From Candidatus Saccharimonadota bacterium (lineage in GTDB: Bacteria > Pseudomonadota > Gammaproteobacteria > Burkholderiales > Burkholderiaceae), in contig CP002161.1 of NCBI GenBank assembly GCA_000147015.1, positions 30,001-62,000 of the forward strand: a stretch of DNA of 32,000 nucleotides. Direction: 5' to 3'. Below the pieces are notes generated by a model that was not told the origin of the DNA, searched no databases, and saw only the letters and a list, made by a program, of their open reading frames with translations. Below are positions 1 through 9,107 of this stretch, one piece after another. A program made the translations under genes and the position numbers. Positions within the stretch are counted from its first letter, which is position 1. Every line of letters begins with the position of its first letter.

Positions 1-601
1 ATGAACCAGTATATTCATTTCTAAAACATTCACCTATTTCTCCATATTTTAAGGGTAATTTTTTATAACTTATTTTTTTATAATTATATATTTGAATATG
101 TCCTGGACAATTCATTGGTTTTAAAGCGTATTTTTTATTTTTTGTTTTTAATAAAAACATATTTTTTTTATAATAATTTCAATGTTTTGTTTTTTTTCAA
201 AAATAATCTCTTAAAATAATTGGAGTTTTTATTTCTTTATAATTATATTTTATATATATATTATTTCTTATATATTTATTTATATTTTTTCATATTATGT
301 AACCATTTTTATTTCAAAATATTAAACCTGGCATTTTTTTTTTAAAAAAAAATAAATTATTTTTTTTATATAATATTCTATGATCAAATTCTTTTCTTAT
401 TTTTTTATATTTTTTTTTTTTAAAAAAATTTTTTTTAATTTTATTATTTAAATATATATACTTTTTTTTATTTAAAATATTTAATTTTTTTAATATATAT
501 ATTTTATTTTTTTTTTTATTTATTATATTAAAAATATAATATAAATAAATATAATTATATTTATAAAAAATTAATTTATAAAATTTAAAATATTTTTTCA
601 T
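1..601 (-). CDS. thrS: threonyl-tRNA synthetase, 5' part (gene runs off the window start); needs UGA=Trp
   Basis: The minus-strand frame is continuous from ATG at 601 to position 1 if TGA at 314-316, 290-292 and 179-181 is read as Trp. The translation ..EFDHRILYKK..MPGLIFWNKNGYIIW..HWNYYKKNMFLL..YALKPMNCPGHIQIY..GECFRNE is colinear with E. coli ThrRS RDHRKIGK..PGMVFWHNDGW..GHWDNYKDAMF..CIKPMNCPGHVQIF..SCHRNE. The start codon is uncertain. Confidence 0.9.
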
Positions 602-608
602 TTTTGTA

Positions 609-681
609 CGAAGTGAACGGGATTTGAACCCGCGACTCCTGGCTTGACAAGCCAGTGTTCTAACCTCTGAACTACCACTTC
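609..681 (-). tRNA. tRNA-Asp (anticodon GTC)
   Basis: The reverse complement folds as a cloverleaf. Acceptor GAAGTGG/TCACTTC, anticodon stem CTGGC/GCCAG with loop TTGTCAA (anticodon is plus-strand gac 646-648), T arm GCGGG-TTCAAAT-CCCGT. It is a GC-rich island in AT-rich DNA. No CCA is encoded. Confidence 0.9.
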
Positions 682-700
682 TAATTTATAATTTTTAAAA

Positions 701-774
701 AGGGGAATAGCCAAGTTGGTTTAAGGCACCGGATTTTGATTCCGGCATCCAGGGTTCAAATCCTTGTTCCCCTG
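701..774 (+). tRNA. tRNA-Gln (anticodon TTG)
   Basis: Acceptor AGGGGAA/TTCCCCT plus discriminator G. Anticodon stem CCGGA/TCCGG with loop TTTTGAT (TTG at 736-738). T arm CAGGG-TTCAAAT-CCTTG. Confidence 0.88.
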
Positions 775-783
775 TTTTATTTT

Positions 784-1701
784 ATGAATTTTAAAAAAAA
801 TATATTATTTTCTGGAAATTCGAATATTAAATTAGTTAATAAAATAATAAAAAAATTAAAAATAAAATTGGGTAAAATAAATGTATCAAAATTTTTAGAT
901 GGTGAAATTATGATTAAAATAAAAGAAAGTGTTAGAAATAAAAATGTATTTATTATACAATCAATATGTAATCCAATTAATGATAATTTAATAGAAATGA
1001 TAATAATGGTAGATGCTATAAAAAGAGCATATTCAAAAAATATAATAGGTATTATACCATATTATGGTTATTCAAGACAAGATAGAAAAATAGGTTATTC
1101 AAGAATACCTATTTCTGCTAAATTAATAGCTAGCATTTTAGAAATCTCAGGTTTAAATCATGTAGTTATACTAGATTTACATTCTGAACAAATACAAGGT
1201 TTTTTTAATATTCCTATAGAAAATATATATACTTATAATATATTTTATAAAAATATAAAAAAAAAAAAACTTTATAATCCTATTATTGTATCACCAGATG
1301 TAGGTAGTATTAAAAGATCTAGAAAATTATCAAAAAAAATAAATTGTGATTTAGCTATTATAGATAAATATAGAATAAAAAATAATTTATCAAATGCATT
1401 AAATTTAATAGGAAATGTAATTAATAGAGATTGTATAATTACTGATGATATAATAGATACAGGAGGAACTATTATTAATACTGTAAATATGTTAAAAAAA
1501 AATGGAGCTTTAAGAATTATATGTTATTGTACACATGGTGTTTTATCAAATAATGCTATAGAAAAAATAAATAATTCAAAATTAGATGAATTAATAATAA
1601 CAGATACTATACCTTTTAAAAATAATTTTAAAAATAAAAAAATAAAACAATTAAGTTGTTATAATTTAATTATTAATTTTATTAAAAAATATAATAAATA
1701 A
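784..1701 (+). CDS. prs: ribose-phosphate pyrophosphokinase (PRPP synthetase)
   Basis: Translation from ATG 784 (MNFKKNILFSGNS..) contains GYSRQDRK, DLHSEQIQGFF, VSPDVGS and DDIIDTGGT, matching E. coli Prs motifs GYARQDRR, DLHAEQIQGFF and DDMIDTGGT. The track ORF start at 736 overlaps tRNA-Gln, so it was moved to 784. True TAA stop. Confidence 0.93.
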   Translation: MNFKKNILFSGNSNIKLVNKIIKKLKIKLGKINVSKFLDGEIMIKIKESVRNKNVFIIQSICNPINDNLIEMIIMVDAIKRAYSKNIIGIIPYYGYSRQDRKIGYSRIPISAKLIASILEISGLNHVVILDLHSEQIQGFFNIPIENIYTYNIFYKNIKKKKLYNPIIVSPDVGSIKRSRKLSKKINCDLAIIDKYRIKNNLSNALNLIGNVINRDCIITDDIIDTGGTIINTVNMLKKNGALRIICYCTHGVLSNNAIEKINNSKLDELIITDTIPFKNNFKNKKIKQLSCYNLIINFIKKYNK

Positions 1702-1702
1702 A

Positions 1703-2347
1703 ATGAAAATTCATTCATTTATTAGAAATAAATTAGGTACTTATTATAATAATAAAAATAGATATAAAAATAGAATTCCTGGTGTAATTTATGGTAATAA
1801 TAAAAAAAATATAAATTTAATATTTAAAAAATCAGAATTATTTAAAATATTTAAAAAAAAAAATATCAATATATTAAAAATTATTTTTAAAAAAAAAATT
1901 AAAAAATTTTTAATTAAAAATATTCAATTTCATGCATATAAAAAAGAAATATTACATATTGATTTATTAAGAATTAGTAATAAAAAAAAAGTAAATATTT
2001 TAATACCATTAAAATTTAAAAATATTAAAAATTCTTATGCAGTTAAATCAGAAAATGCTTTTATAAATTTTATATATAAAAAAATTCCTATTTTTTGTTT
2101 ACCCAAATATATACCTAAATATATATTATTAAATTTAAAAAATTTAAAAGTTAATAATCCTATTTTAGTTAAAAATATAAATATTAAAAAAAATATAAAA
2201 ATAAAATTAAACAAGAATATTATAATATTAAATGCTTATAAAATTAATGAAAAAATTATTAAAGAAGAAATAAAAGAAGTTGATAATAATAAAAATATCA
2301 AAAAAAATAATATTGAAAATAATAATAAAATTAAAAAAAATGAATAA
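1703..2347 (+). CDS. rplY: 50S ribosomal protein L25, long Ctc form
   Basis: The N-terminus RNKLGTYYNNKNRYKNRIPGVIYG resembles the L25/Ctc motif (..R.....PAVIYG). The 214 aa length fits the two-domain Ctc form. It sits directly after prs, as in many bacteria. The C-terminal tail is low complexity. Confidence 0.75.
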   Translation: MKIHSFIRNKLGTYYNNKNRYKNRIPGVIYGNNKKNINLIFKKSELFKIFKKKNINILKIIFKKKIKKFLIKNIQFHAYKKEILHIDLLRISNKKKVNILIPLKFKNIKNSYAVKSENAFINFIYKKIPIFCLPKYIPKYILLNLKNLKVNNPILVKNINIKKNIKIKLNKNIIILNAYKINEKIIKEEIKEVDNNKNIKKNNIENNNKIKKNE

Positions 2348-3647
2348 TAAAAATTTTATATTATTAAAAAAAAAAAATAATATATCTGGAAAAATAAATA
2401 TACCTGGTTCTAAAAGTATTTCAAATAGAATTTTATTAATTTCAGCTTTATCTTTAGGAATAACAAAAATAAAAAATTTATTAATATCTGATGATACTTT
2501 AATAATGATAAAATGTTTAAAAAAATTAGGAATAAAAATAAAAAAAAAAAAAAAAATTTTTTTTGTATATGGGAATTTTATTAAATTTTTAAAAAAAAAT
2601 GTTAAATTATTTGTTGATAATGCTGGAACTTTAATAAGACCTTTAACTTCTATTTTATCTTTTATGAAAGGAAATTATATATTATATGGTTCTAAAAGAA
2701 TGAACAAAAGACCAATAAAAGATTTAGTTAGTTCTTTAAATAATATAGGAATGAGAATTAAATACTTAAAAAATAATGGTTTTCCTCCTTTATTAATAAA
2801 AAAAGGTAAAATAAAAACTAACATAATAAAAATAAAAAGTAATATTTCTAGTCAATATTTAACTTCAATATTAATATCTAGTGTTTTAATTAATAAATTT
2901 AAAGAAATAATTATAATAACTAATAATAATATAGTTTCAAATTCTTATATAAATATTACTATTAATTTAATGAAATTATTCAAAGTTAATGTAATTAAAA
3001 TAAATAATAATGTATTTAAAATAATAACTAAAGAAAAATATATAAGTCCAGGTATTGTAAAAATAGAAGGTGATTTAACATCAGCATCATATTTTTTAGC
3101 TTCTAGTGTTATTTCAAAAGGTCCTTTAAAAATTAAAGGTATAATTAAAAATAGTATACAAGGTGATGTAAAATTTTTAGATATATTAGAAGATATGGGT
3201 GCAAAAATAAATTATCAAGATAATGAATTAGAAATTTATTATAATAAAATTATAAAAAATTTTAATATTGATTGTATAAATTTTCCTGACTTAGCTATGA
3301 CATTATTAATGTTATCTTTATATAGTAATAATATTAGTTTATTTAAAAATCTTTATAGTTGAAATTTTAAAGAAACTAATAGATTAAATGCTATGAAAAA
3401 AGAATTAAATAAAATAGGAGCTAAAATAAATATTATAAATAGAAATGATATATTAGTAATACCGCCAAAATATATAAAGTCAGCTTTTATAAATACTTAT
3501 AATGATCATAGAATTGCAATGTGTTTTTCTTTATTATCTTTAAATAATATAAATAAGTTAGGTAGTAATATTTTAATTGAAAATCCAAAGTGTGTATTTA
3601 AAACTTTTCCAAATTATTTTAAGTTATTTAAAAAAATTTCCAAATAA
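2340..3647 (+). CDS. aroA: 3-phosphoshikimate 1-carboxyvinyltransferase (EPSP synthase); one in-frame UGA=Trp
   Basis: Two track ORFs (2280-3362 and 3393-3647) join through TGA at 3360-3362. ..GKINIPGSKSISNRILLISAL.., LFVDNAGTLIRPL, KRMNKRPIKDLV, then SWNFKETNRLNAMKKELNKIGA..YNDHRIAMCFSLL..NPKCVFKTFPNYF match E. coli AroA ([72 protein letters not shown]). The start ATG at 2340 overlaps the rplY end by 8 nt. Confidence 0.93.
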
Positions 3648-3649
3648 AT

Positions 3650-5014
3650 ATGAAAAATCCTATATATTATTTAAACAAATGTTTATTAAGTTTTAATAAA
3701 ATTGATAAATTATTAAATGAAAAAATAAATATATCTAAATTAAAATATGGAGATATTTTATTAGGTAAAATAGTTAAAATAGATAAAAAATTTGTTTTCA
3801 TAGATTCTGGTTTAAAATCTGAATCATTAGTTCCTATTGAAGAATTTAAAAATTTTGAAAATACTTTAAAAGTAAAATTAGGTGATAAAGTATTTTTATA
3901 TTTAGAAGTTATAGAAAAAAATATAGGAAATATTAAATTATCATATAAAAAAGCACAAATAATTTTATCATGATTAAATATTGAAAATTCTTTAAAAAAA
4001 AATAAATTTATTTCAGGTTATATAAATGGAAAAATAAAAGGAGGATTGAATGTTTGAATAAATGGTATTAAAGCATTTTTACCTGGTTCTTTAATTTCTA
4101 ATCGCCTTTTAAAAAACATAAATTATATTAATAAAAAAAAATCATTTTTTAAAATTATTAAAATAGATTATATAAAAAAAAATGTAATTTTATCTAGAAA
4201 AGTTATATTGGAAGAACATATAAATAAAATATTCATAAGATTATTAAGTAAAAAATTATTAACAAATATATATTTAAAAGGAATTATTACAAGTATATCT
4301 AATTTTGGTTGTTTTATAAATATAGGAGGAATAGAAGGTTTAGTAACAGTAAATCGTTATATGATAAGAAGAAGAATATATTTAAGAAGAATATTTAAAT
4401 TAGGACAAATGGTAAATGTAAAAATATTTAGATTAAATAAAAAAAATGGTTTATTATTTTTAAAAATAAGATATATTATAGATATTTGAAAAAATATATC
4501 TTATAGATATTATCTTGGTAGAATTATAAAAGGTAAAGTTATAAATACTAAAAAATATGGAGTTTTTATTAATATTAAAAATAATTTAAAAGGTTTAAGT
4601 CATATTTCTGAAATAAATTTAAAAAAAAATATTAATTTAAATAAAATATTTAAAAAAAATTTTTTAATAAATTTTATAATAATATATGTTAATGAAAAAG
4701 AACGTAAAATAGGTTTAAGTTTTAAAAGATGTTTTCCTGATTTTCTATATACTTTATTTTTATATTATAATAAAAAAAATATAATTAAAACTATTATAAA
4801 TTTTAAAAATAAATATGGATTTTTTTTAAAATTACCAGGAAATATAAATGGTTTTTTTCATTTTAAAAATTTTTTTTGAATAAAAAAGAAATATAAATTT
4901 AAAAATATAAGTATTATTAATTTTTTTATTTTAAATTTTAAATTTAAAAAAAAATATATTTTTTTGTATATAAAACATTTTAAAATTAATCCATTTATAA
5001 AAATTTTAAAATAA
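3650..5014 (+). CDS. rpsA: 30S ribosomal protein S1; several in-frame UGA=Trp
   Basis: The frame stays open from ATG 3650 to TAA 5012-5014 when TGA (3971-3973, 4055-4057, 4487-4489, 4877-4879) is read as Trp. GDILLGKIVKIDKKFVFIDSGLKSESLVPIEEFKN and INGKIKGGLNVWINGIKAFLPGSL parallel E. coli S1 ([59 protein letters not shown]). A later S1 domain reads GRIIKGKVINTKKYGVFINI..LKGLSHISE. Confidence 0.9.
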
Positions 5015-5074
5015 AAAAAATAATAAAATTAAATATTAAAATAGTTATAAAAAATTAAATAAAAAATAATTATT

Positions 5075-5590
5075 AAAATTATATAAATTAAATATTTAAT
5101 AATAAAATATTAAATATAATAAAAATATAATAAAAATATTATTAAAAGATATCTAATTAATGATATATATTATATATATCATTTTTGATATTATAGAAAA
5201 ATTAATATTAAAAGTATATAAATTAAATATTTAATTAATAAAATAGTAAATATAATAAAAATATAATAAGAATATTATTAAAAGATACCTAATTAATGAT
5301 ATATATATATCATTTTTGATATTATAGAAAAATTAATATTAAAAGTATATAAATTAAATATTTAATTAATAAAATAGTAAATATAATAAAAATATAATAA
5401 AAATATTATTAAAAGATACCTAATTAATGATATATATATATCATTTTTGATATTATAGAAAAATTAATATTATTAATAATTAATTATATAATTAATTATT
5501 AAAAGTATATAAATTGAATATTTAATTAATAAAATATTAAATATAATAAAAATATTATTAAGAAAATTAAATAAAATTACCTAAAATAAA
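5075..5590. repeat. tandem repeat array: 131-nt unit, three full copies plus one degenerate copy, each with AT palindromes
   Basis: By hand alignment, copy 1 is 5075-5209 (135 nt, diverged), copy 2 is 5210-5340 and copy 3 is 5341-5471. Copies 2 and 3 differ at one position that I can see. A 29-nt insert at 5472-5500 holds a perfect 26-nt palindrome, aataattaattatataattaattatt (5475-5500). Degenerate copy 4 runs from 5501. Each unit carries the palindromes aattaaatatttaatt and aatgatatatatatatcatt. Confidence 0.85.
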
Positions 5591-5596
5591 ATAAAT

Positions 5597-5884
5597 TTAT
5601 TTTATATGATTTATATTTAAATTATTCATTATTCATATAGAACCAAATATTATTATAAAAGATATAAATATTGTAAATATTAATGAAATTAAAAAATATA
5701 TAATATCATTTATATTTTTAATATTTAATGAATTTTTAATATATAAAATTATTATTAAAATTAAATATAATATTAATATAAATTTTATAAAAAATATATT
5801 TAATAAATATTTTATTTTATAAATAAAATATATTATTATAATTATTAATAATATTATTAAAAATTCTTTATTTTTTTTTTTCAT
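5597..5884 (-). CDS. cyoD: cytochrome bo ubiquinol oxidase subunit IV
   Basis: The track ORF 5633-5884 ends at a TGA (5633-5635). Read as Trp, the frame runs on to TAA at 5597-5599. It is a 95-aa, very hydrophobic protein ending ..FGSIWIMNNLNINHIK, which resembles the CyoD C-terminal motif as I recall it (..GSIWIM.NLNYN..). It lies directly downstream of cyoC. Confidence 0.8.
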
Positions 5885-5886
5885 AT

Positions 5887-8325
5887 TTATAATAAATTAA
5901 AAATATATATAAATATAAAAATTATAAATCAAAAAATTTCCAAAAAATTTCAATACATTGATAAATATTTTAAATTATTTTTATTTTCATTATTTATATT
6001 AAATTTTAATATTTTTAAAAATATTAAAATTAATATAAATATTCCTATTAAAACATGAATTCCATGAAAAAATATTATTGTAAAAAAACAAGAAAAAAAA
6101 ACATTATTTTTAGGTTTAATATTATTTTTTAATAAATTACAAATTTCTAAGTATTCTATAAATATAAATAAAAAAGAACTTATAATTGTTAAAATTATAA
6201 ATTTTAAAATATTAAATTTATTTTTTATTTTAAAATTATAAATAGAATAATATAAAAATAATGAAGAAAATAATAACAATAAAGTATTTAAAAAAATAAT
6301 TTTTATATTAAAAATATTTTTTATTTTATTTATTTTTATATAATTATAACCTAAAACAAAATAAACTGTTAAAAAAGTAGAAAACATTAATACATCACTC
6401 ATTAAGTATAATCATATACCAAATTTATTATTAATTATATCTTCTTTTTTATATTTTTTTTTTTTTATATTTATATAAATTATATAAAATATTGTTAATA
6501 ATAAAATAATTGAAAATAAAAAAAATATTTTTCAGATTATCAAAAAACATAATAACATAAATAAAAATGATAATATAAAACCATTATAAGTTTTTTTTTT
6601 TATATTATTATTTTTTATTTTATTTATTTTAAATAATAAGTTTTCTTTTTTTATATATTTTTTAAAATTTTTTAAATTATTTCATTCTAAAGTTTTAGAA
6701 TATTTTCAATAATTTTCTATTTTTTTTTTTTCTATATTTCTATATAAATAACTTACAATTATTTGTATTATAAAGGAAATTATACCTAATAAAATAATAA
6801 TTGTTCCAAATAAAGAAATTTTAAATCATATTTTTAAAGATAAATCATTAAAATGATTTATTCTTCTAGTTACTCCCATAAATCCCAATATATATATTGG
6901 TATAAAAGTTATATAAAAACCAAATGTTCATAAAATAAAACTACATAAACCTCAAAATTTATTTAATCTATATCCAAAAACTTTTGGATATCAATAATTT
7001 ATAGCAGCAAATATTGAAAATACTACTCCTCCTATAATTACAGTATGAAAATGAGCAACTAAAAATAAACTATTATGTAACAAATAATCTGCGGGTGGTA
7101 TAGATAATATAATGCCAGCCATTCCACCTATAGAAAAAGTTGTTATAAAAGCTAAAGTTCATAACATTGGTATTTCAAATGTTATTTTACCATAATACAT
7201 TGTAAAAATTCAGTTAAAAATTTTTACACCTGTTGGTATAGCAATTATCATAGTAGCTATACCAAAAAATGTATTAACATTTGGACCCCCTCCCATAGTA
7301 AAAAAATGATGAAGTCATACAATATAAGATAAAATTGTAATTATTAAACTTGCAAATATCATAGAATAATAACCGAATAATTTTTTTCTACAAAAAGTAA
7401 CAGTAATTTCTGAGAATATACCAAAGGCTGGTAAAATTAATATATAAACTTCTGGATGTCCTCATATTCATATTAAATTTATATACATCATAGAATTTCC
7501 TCCTAAATTATTAGTAAAAAAATGCATTCCAAAAATTCTATCTAAAGATAACATTATTAATACAGAAGTTAAAACAGGAAAAGATATAATTATTAATATA
7601 TTTGAACATAAAGTTGTTCATACAAAAATAGGCATATTAAAAAAATTTATATTAGGTATTCTTAATTTTATTATTGTAACTATGAAATTTATACTAGAAA
7701 TTAAAGTTGATATACCAGAAATTTGTATTGATCAAATATAATAATCTACTCCAACATATGGACTTTCAGATATTTCAGACAATGGCGGATAAGCTAATCA
7801 TCCTGTTTTTGCAAATTCTCCTAAAAATAACGAAATCATTATTAAAAATGCAGCAAATGTTGTCATTCAAAAACTTAAATTATTTAAAAAAGGAAATGCT
7901 AAATCTTTAGAACCTATTTGTAATGGTATAATATAATTCATAATTCCTATAATAATAGGCATTGCTACAAAAAATATCATTATAACTCCATGAACAGTAA
8001 AAATTTGATTATAATGATTTGGAGACAAAAAACCTCTTGAATTTCCAAAAGAAATTGATTGATGAATTTTCATCATTAAAGCATCTATAAAACCTCTTAA
8101 TAACATTATTATTCCTAATATTATATACATAATACCAATTTTTTTATGATTTGTTGTATTTATTCATTTTTTTCATATTATTTTTAATAATTTATAATAT
8201 ATTAATATATAAATTATTATTGTAGAAATTATTAATAATATTATAAAAGTTCAAAATATAATAGGATCTTTTAATTCTATAGCTCTTTCATCTAAATTAC
8301 CTAAGAAAAATTTTTTTATATTCAT
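5887..8325 (-). CDS. cyoB: cytochrome bo ubiquinol oxidase subunit I fused in frame to subunit III (812 codons under table 4)
   Basis: From ATG 8325: ..[62 protein letters not shown].., [20 protein letters not shown] (7441-7500), [26 protein letters not shown]. All are colinear with E. coli CyoB. With no TAA or TAG the frame continues ..[32 protein letters not shown].. (E. coli CyoC: KIFGFWIYLMSDCILFS) to ..LSMYWNFLEIFWFIIF..LL and TAA 5887-5889 (CyoC: LSLFWHFLDVVW). I checked codon by codon across 6361-6780. Confidence 0.85.
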
Positions 8326-8327
8326 AT

Positions 8328-9074
8328 TTATTTAATATATATTTTATTAAAATAATTTATTTTATTATTAAAACTTTTTTTTAATAATAATAAATATTTT
8401 TTATTATTTAAAATTTTATTCATAAAATAAATACTTTTTATTCAAATAAAATAATCATTTTTTTTTAATGAATAAAAATTAAAATTCATATCAGAAAAAC
8501 CTTCACCACTATAATTTGAAGAAAAGCCATTTAAAAAAGAAGTTTTATTAATAAATGAATTTAATTGAGTTGTCATATTTGGCATAGAATATATTTGACC
8601 AGATAATGAAGGAATATTAAAAGAATTCATATTATTTAAAGAAGTTATATTAAAATTTATAATTTTATTAATAGGTACTACTATTTCATTTATTATTGCA
8701 ATTTTATATTTACAAATTATAAAAAATCATTTTCAATCTAAAGAAATTGTATTTATTTTTAAAATTTTTTTTTTAATATTAATATTTCTAGGATCTAATA
8801 TTTTTGTATTTACAAATGTTAAATAACTTAAAATTAATATTATAATTATAGGAAAAATTCATATAATTAATTCTATTATTAAAGAATAATTTCAATTAGG
8901 CAAATATTTATTATTATTTTTTTTATAATATTTAAATGCAAATATTCAACTTAATATTATTGTAGGTATTATTATTATTGATAATAATATTATAGAAATT
9001 TTTATTAAATTAGATTCTTTAATTGCTATATACCCAATAGGATATAATAGTTTAAGTTTTTTTAATATTTTCAT
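8328..9074 (-). CDS. cyoA: cytochrome bo ubiquinol oxidase subunit II
   Basis: ATG 9074 to TAA 8328-8330, with TGA read as Trp. ..[50 protein letters not shown] parallels E. coli CyoA ([49 protein letters not shown]). The stop lies 2 nt before the cyoB ATG. Confidence 0.9.
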
Positions 9075-9107
9075 ATTTTTGAAATATTATTAAATATAAA
9101 TTTTATA

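Noticed and set aside
314-601. A stand-alone 95-aa Lys/Tyr/Ile-rich ORF that looks like a novel low-complexity protein.
   Set aside because: It ends at a TGA and continues in the same frame into unmistakable ThrRS sequence (PGLIF-W-NKNG...KPMNCPGH). It is the 5' end of thrS.
736-783. The N-terminal extension of the prs ORF (MIPASRVQILVPLFYF).
   Set aside because: It is the translation of the tRNA-Gln gene body (701-774). The real start is ATG 784, which aligns with Prs N-termini. The same reasoning removes 13837-13875 (overlaps tRNA-Trp) and 2280-2339 (overlaps rplY).
5160-5185. AT-only palindromes, here and after other convergent gene ends (for example 29052-29070), as Rho-independent terminators.
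   Set aside because: The stems contain no G-C pairs. In DNA this AT-rich, palindromes and T runs occur everywhere by chance, so I cannot support terminator or promoter calls from sequence alone.
5075-5590. The repeat array as a CRISPR locus.
   Set aside because: The units are contiguous 131-nt tandem copies with no unique spacers between short repeats. There are no cas genes nearby, and the period is far too long.
7707-7910. A plus-strand 67-aa ORF.
   Set aside because: It is antisense to the strongly conserved cyoB coding sequence and has no recognisable motif. It is a chance ORF in AT-rich DNA.
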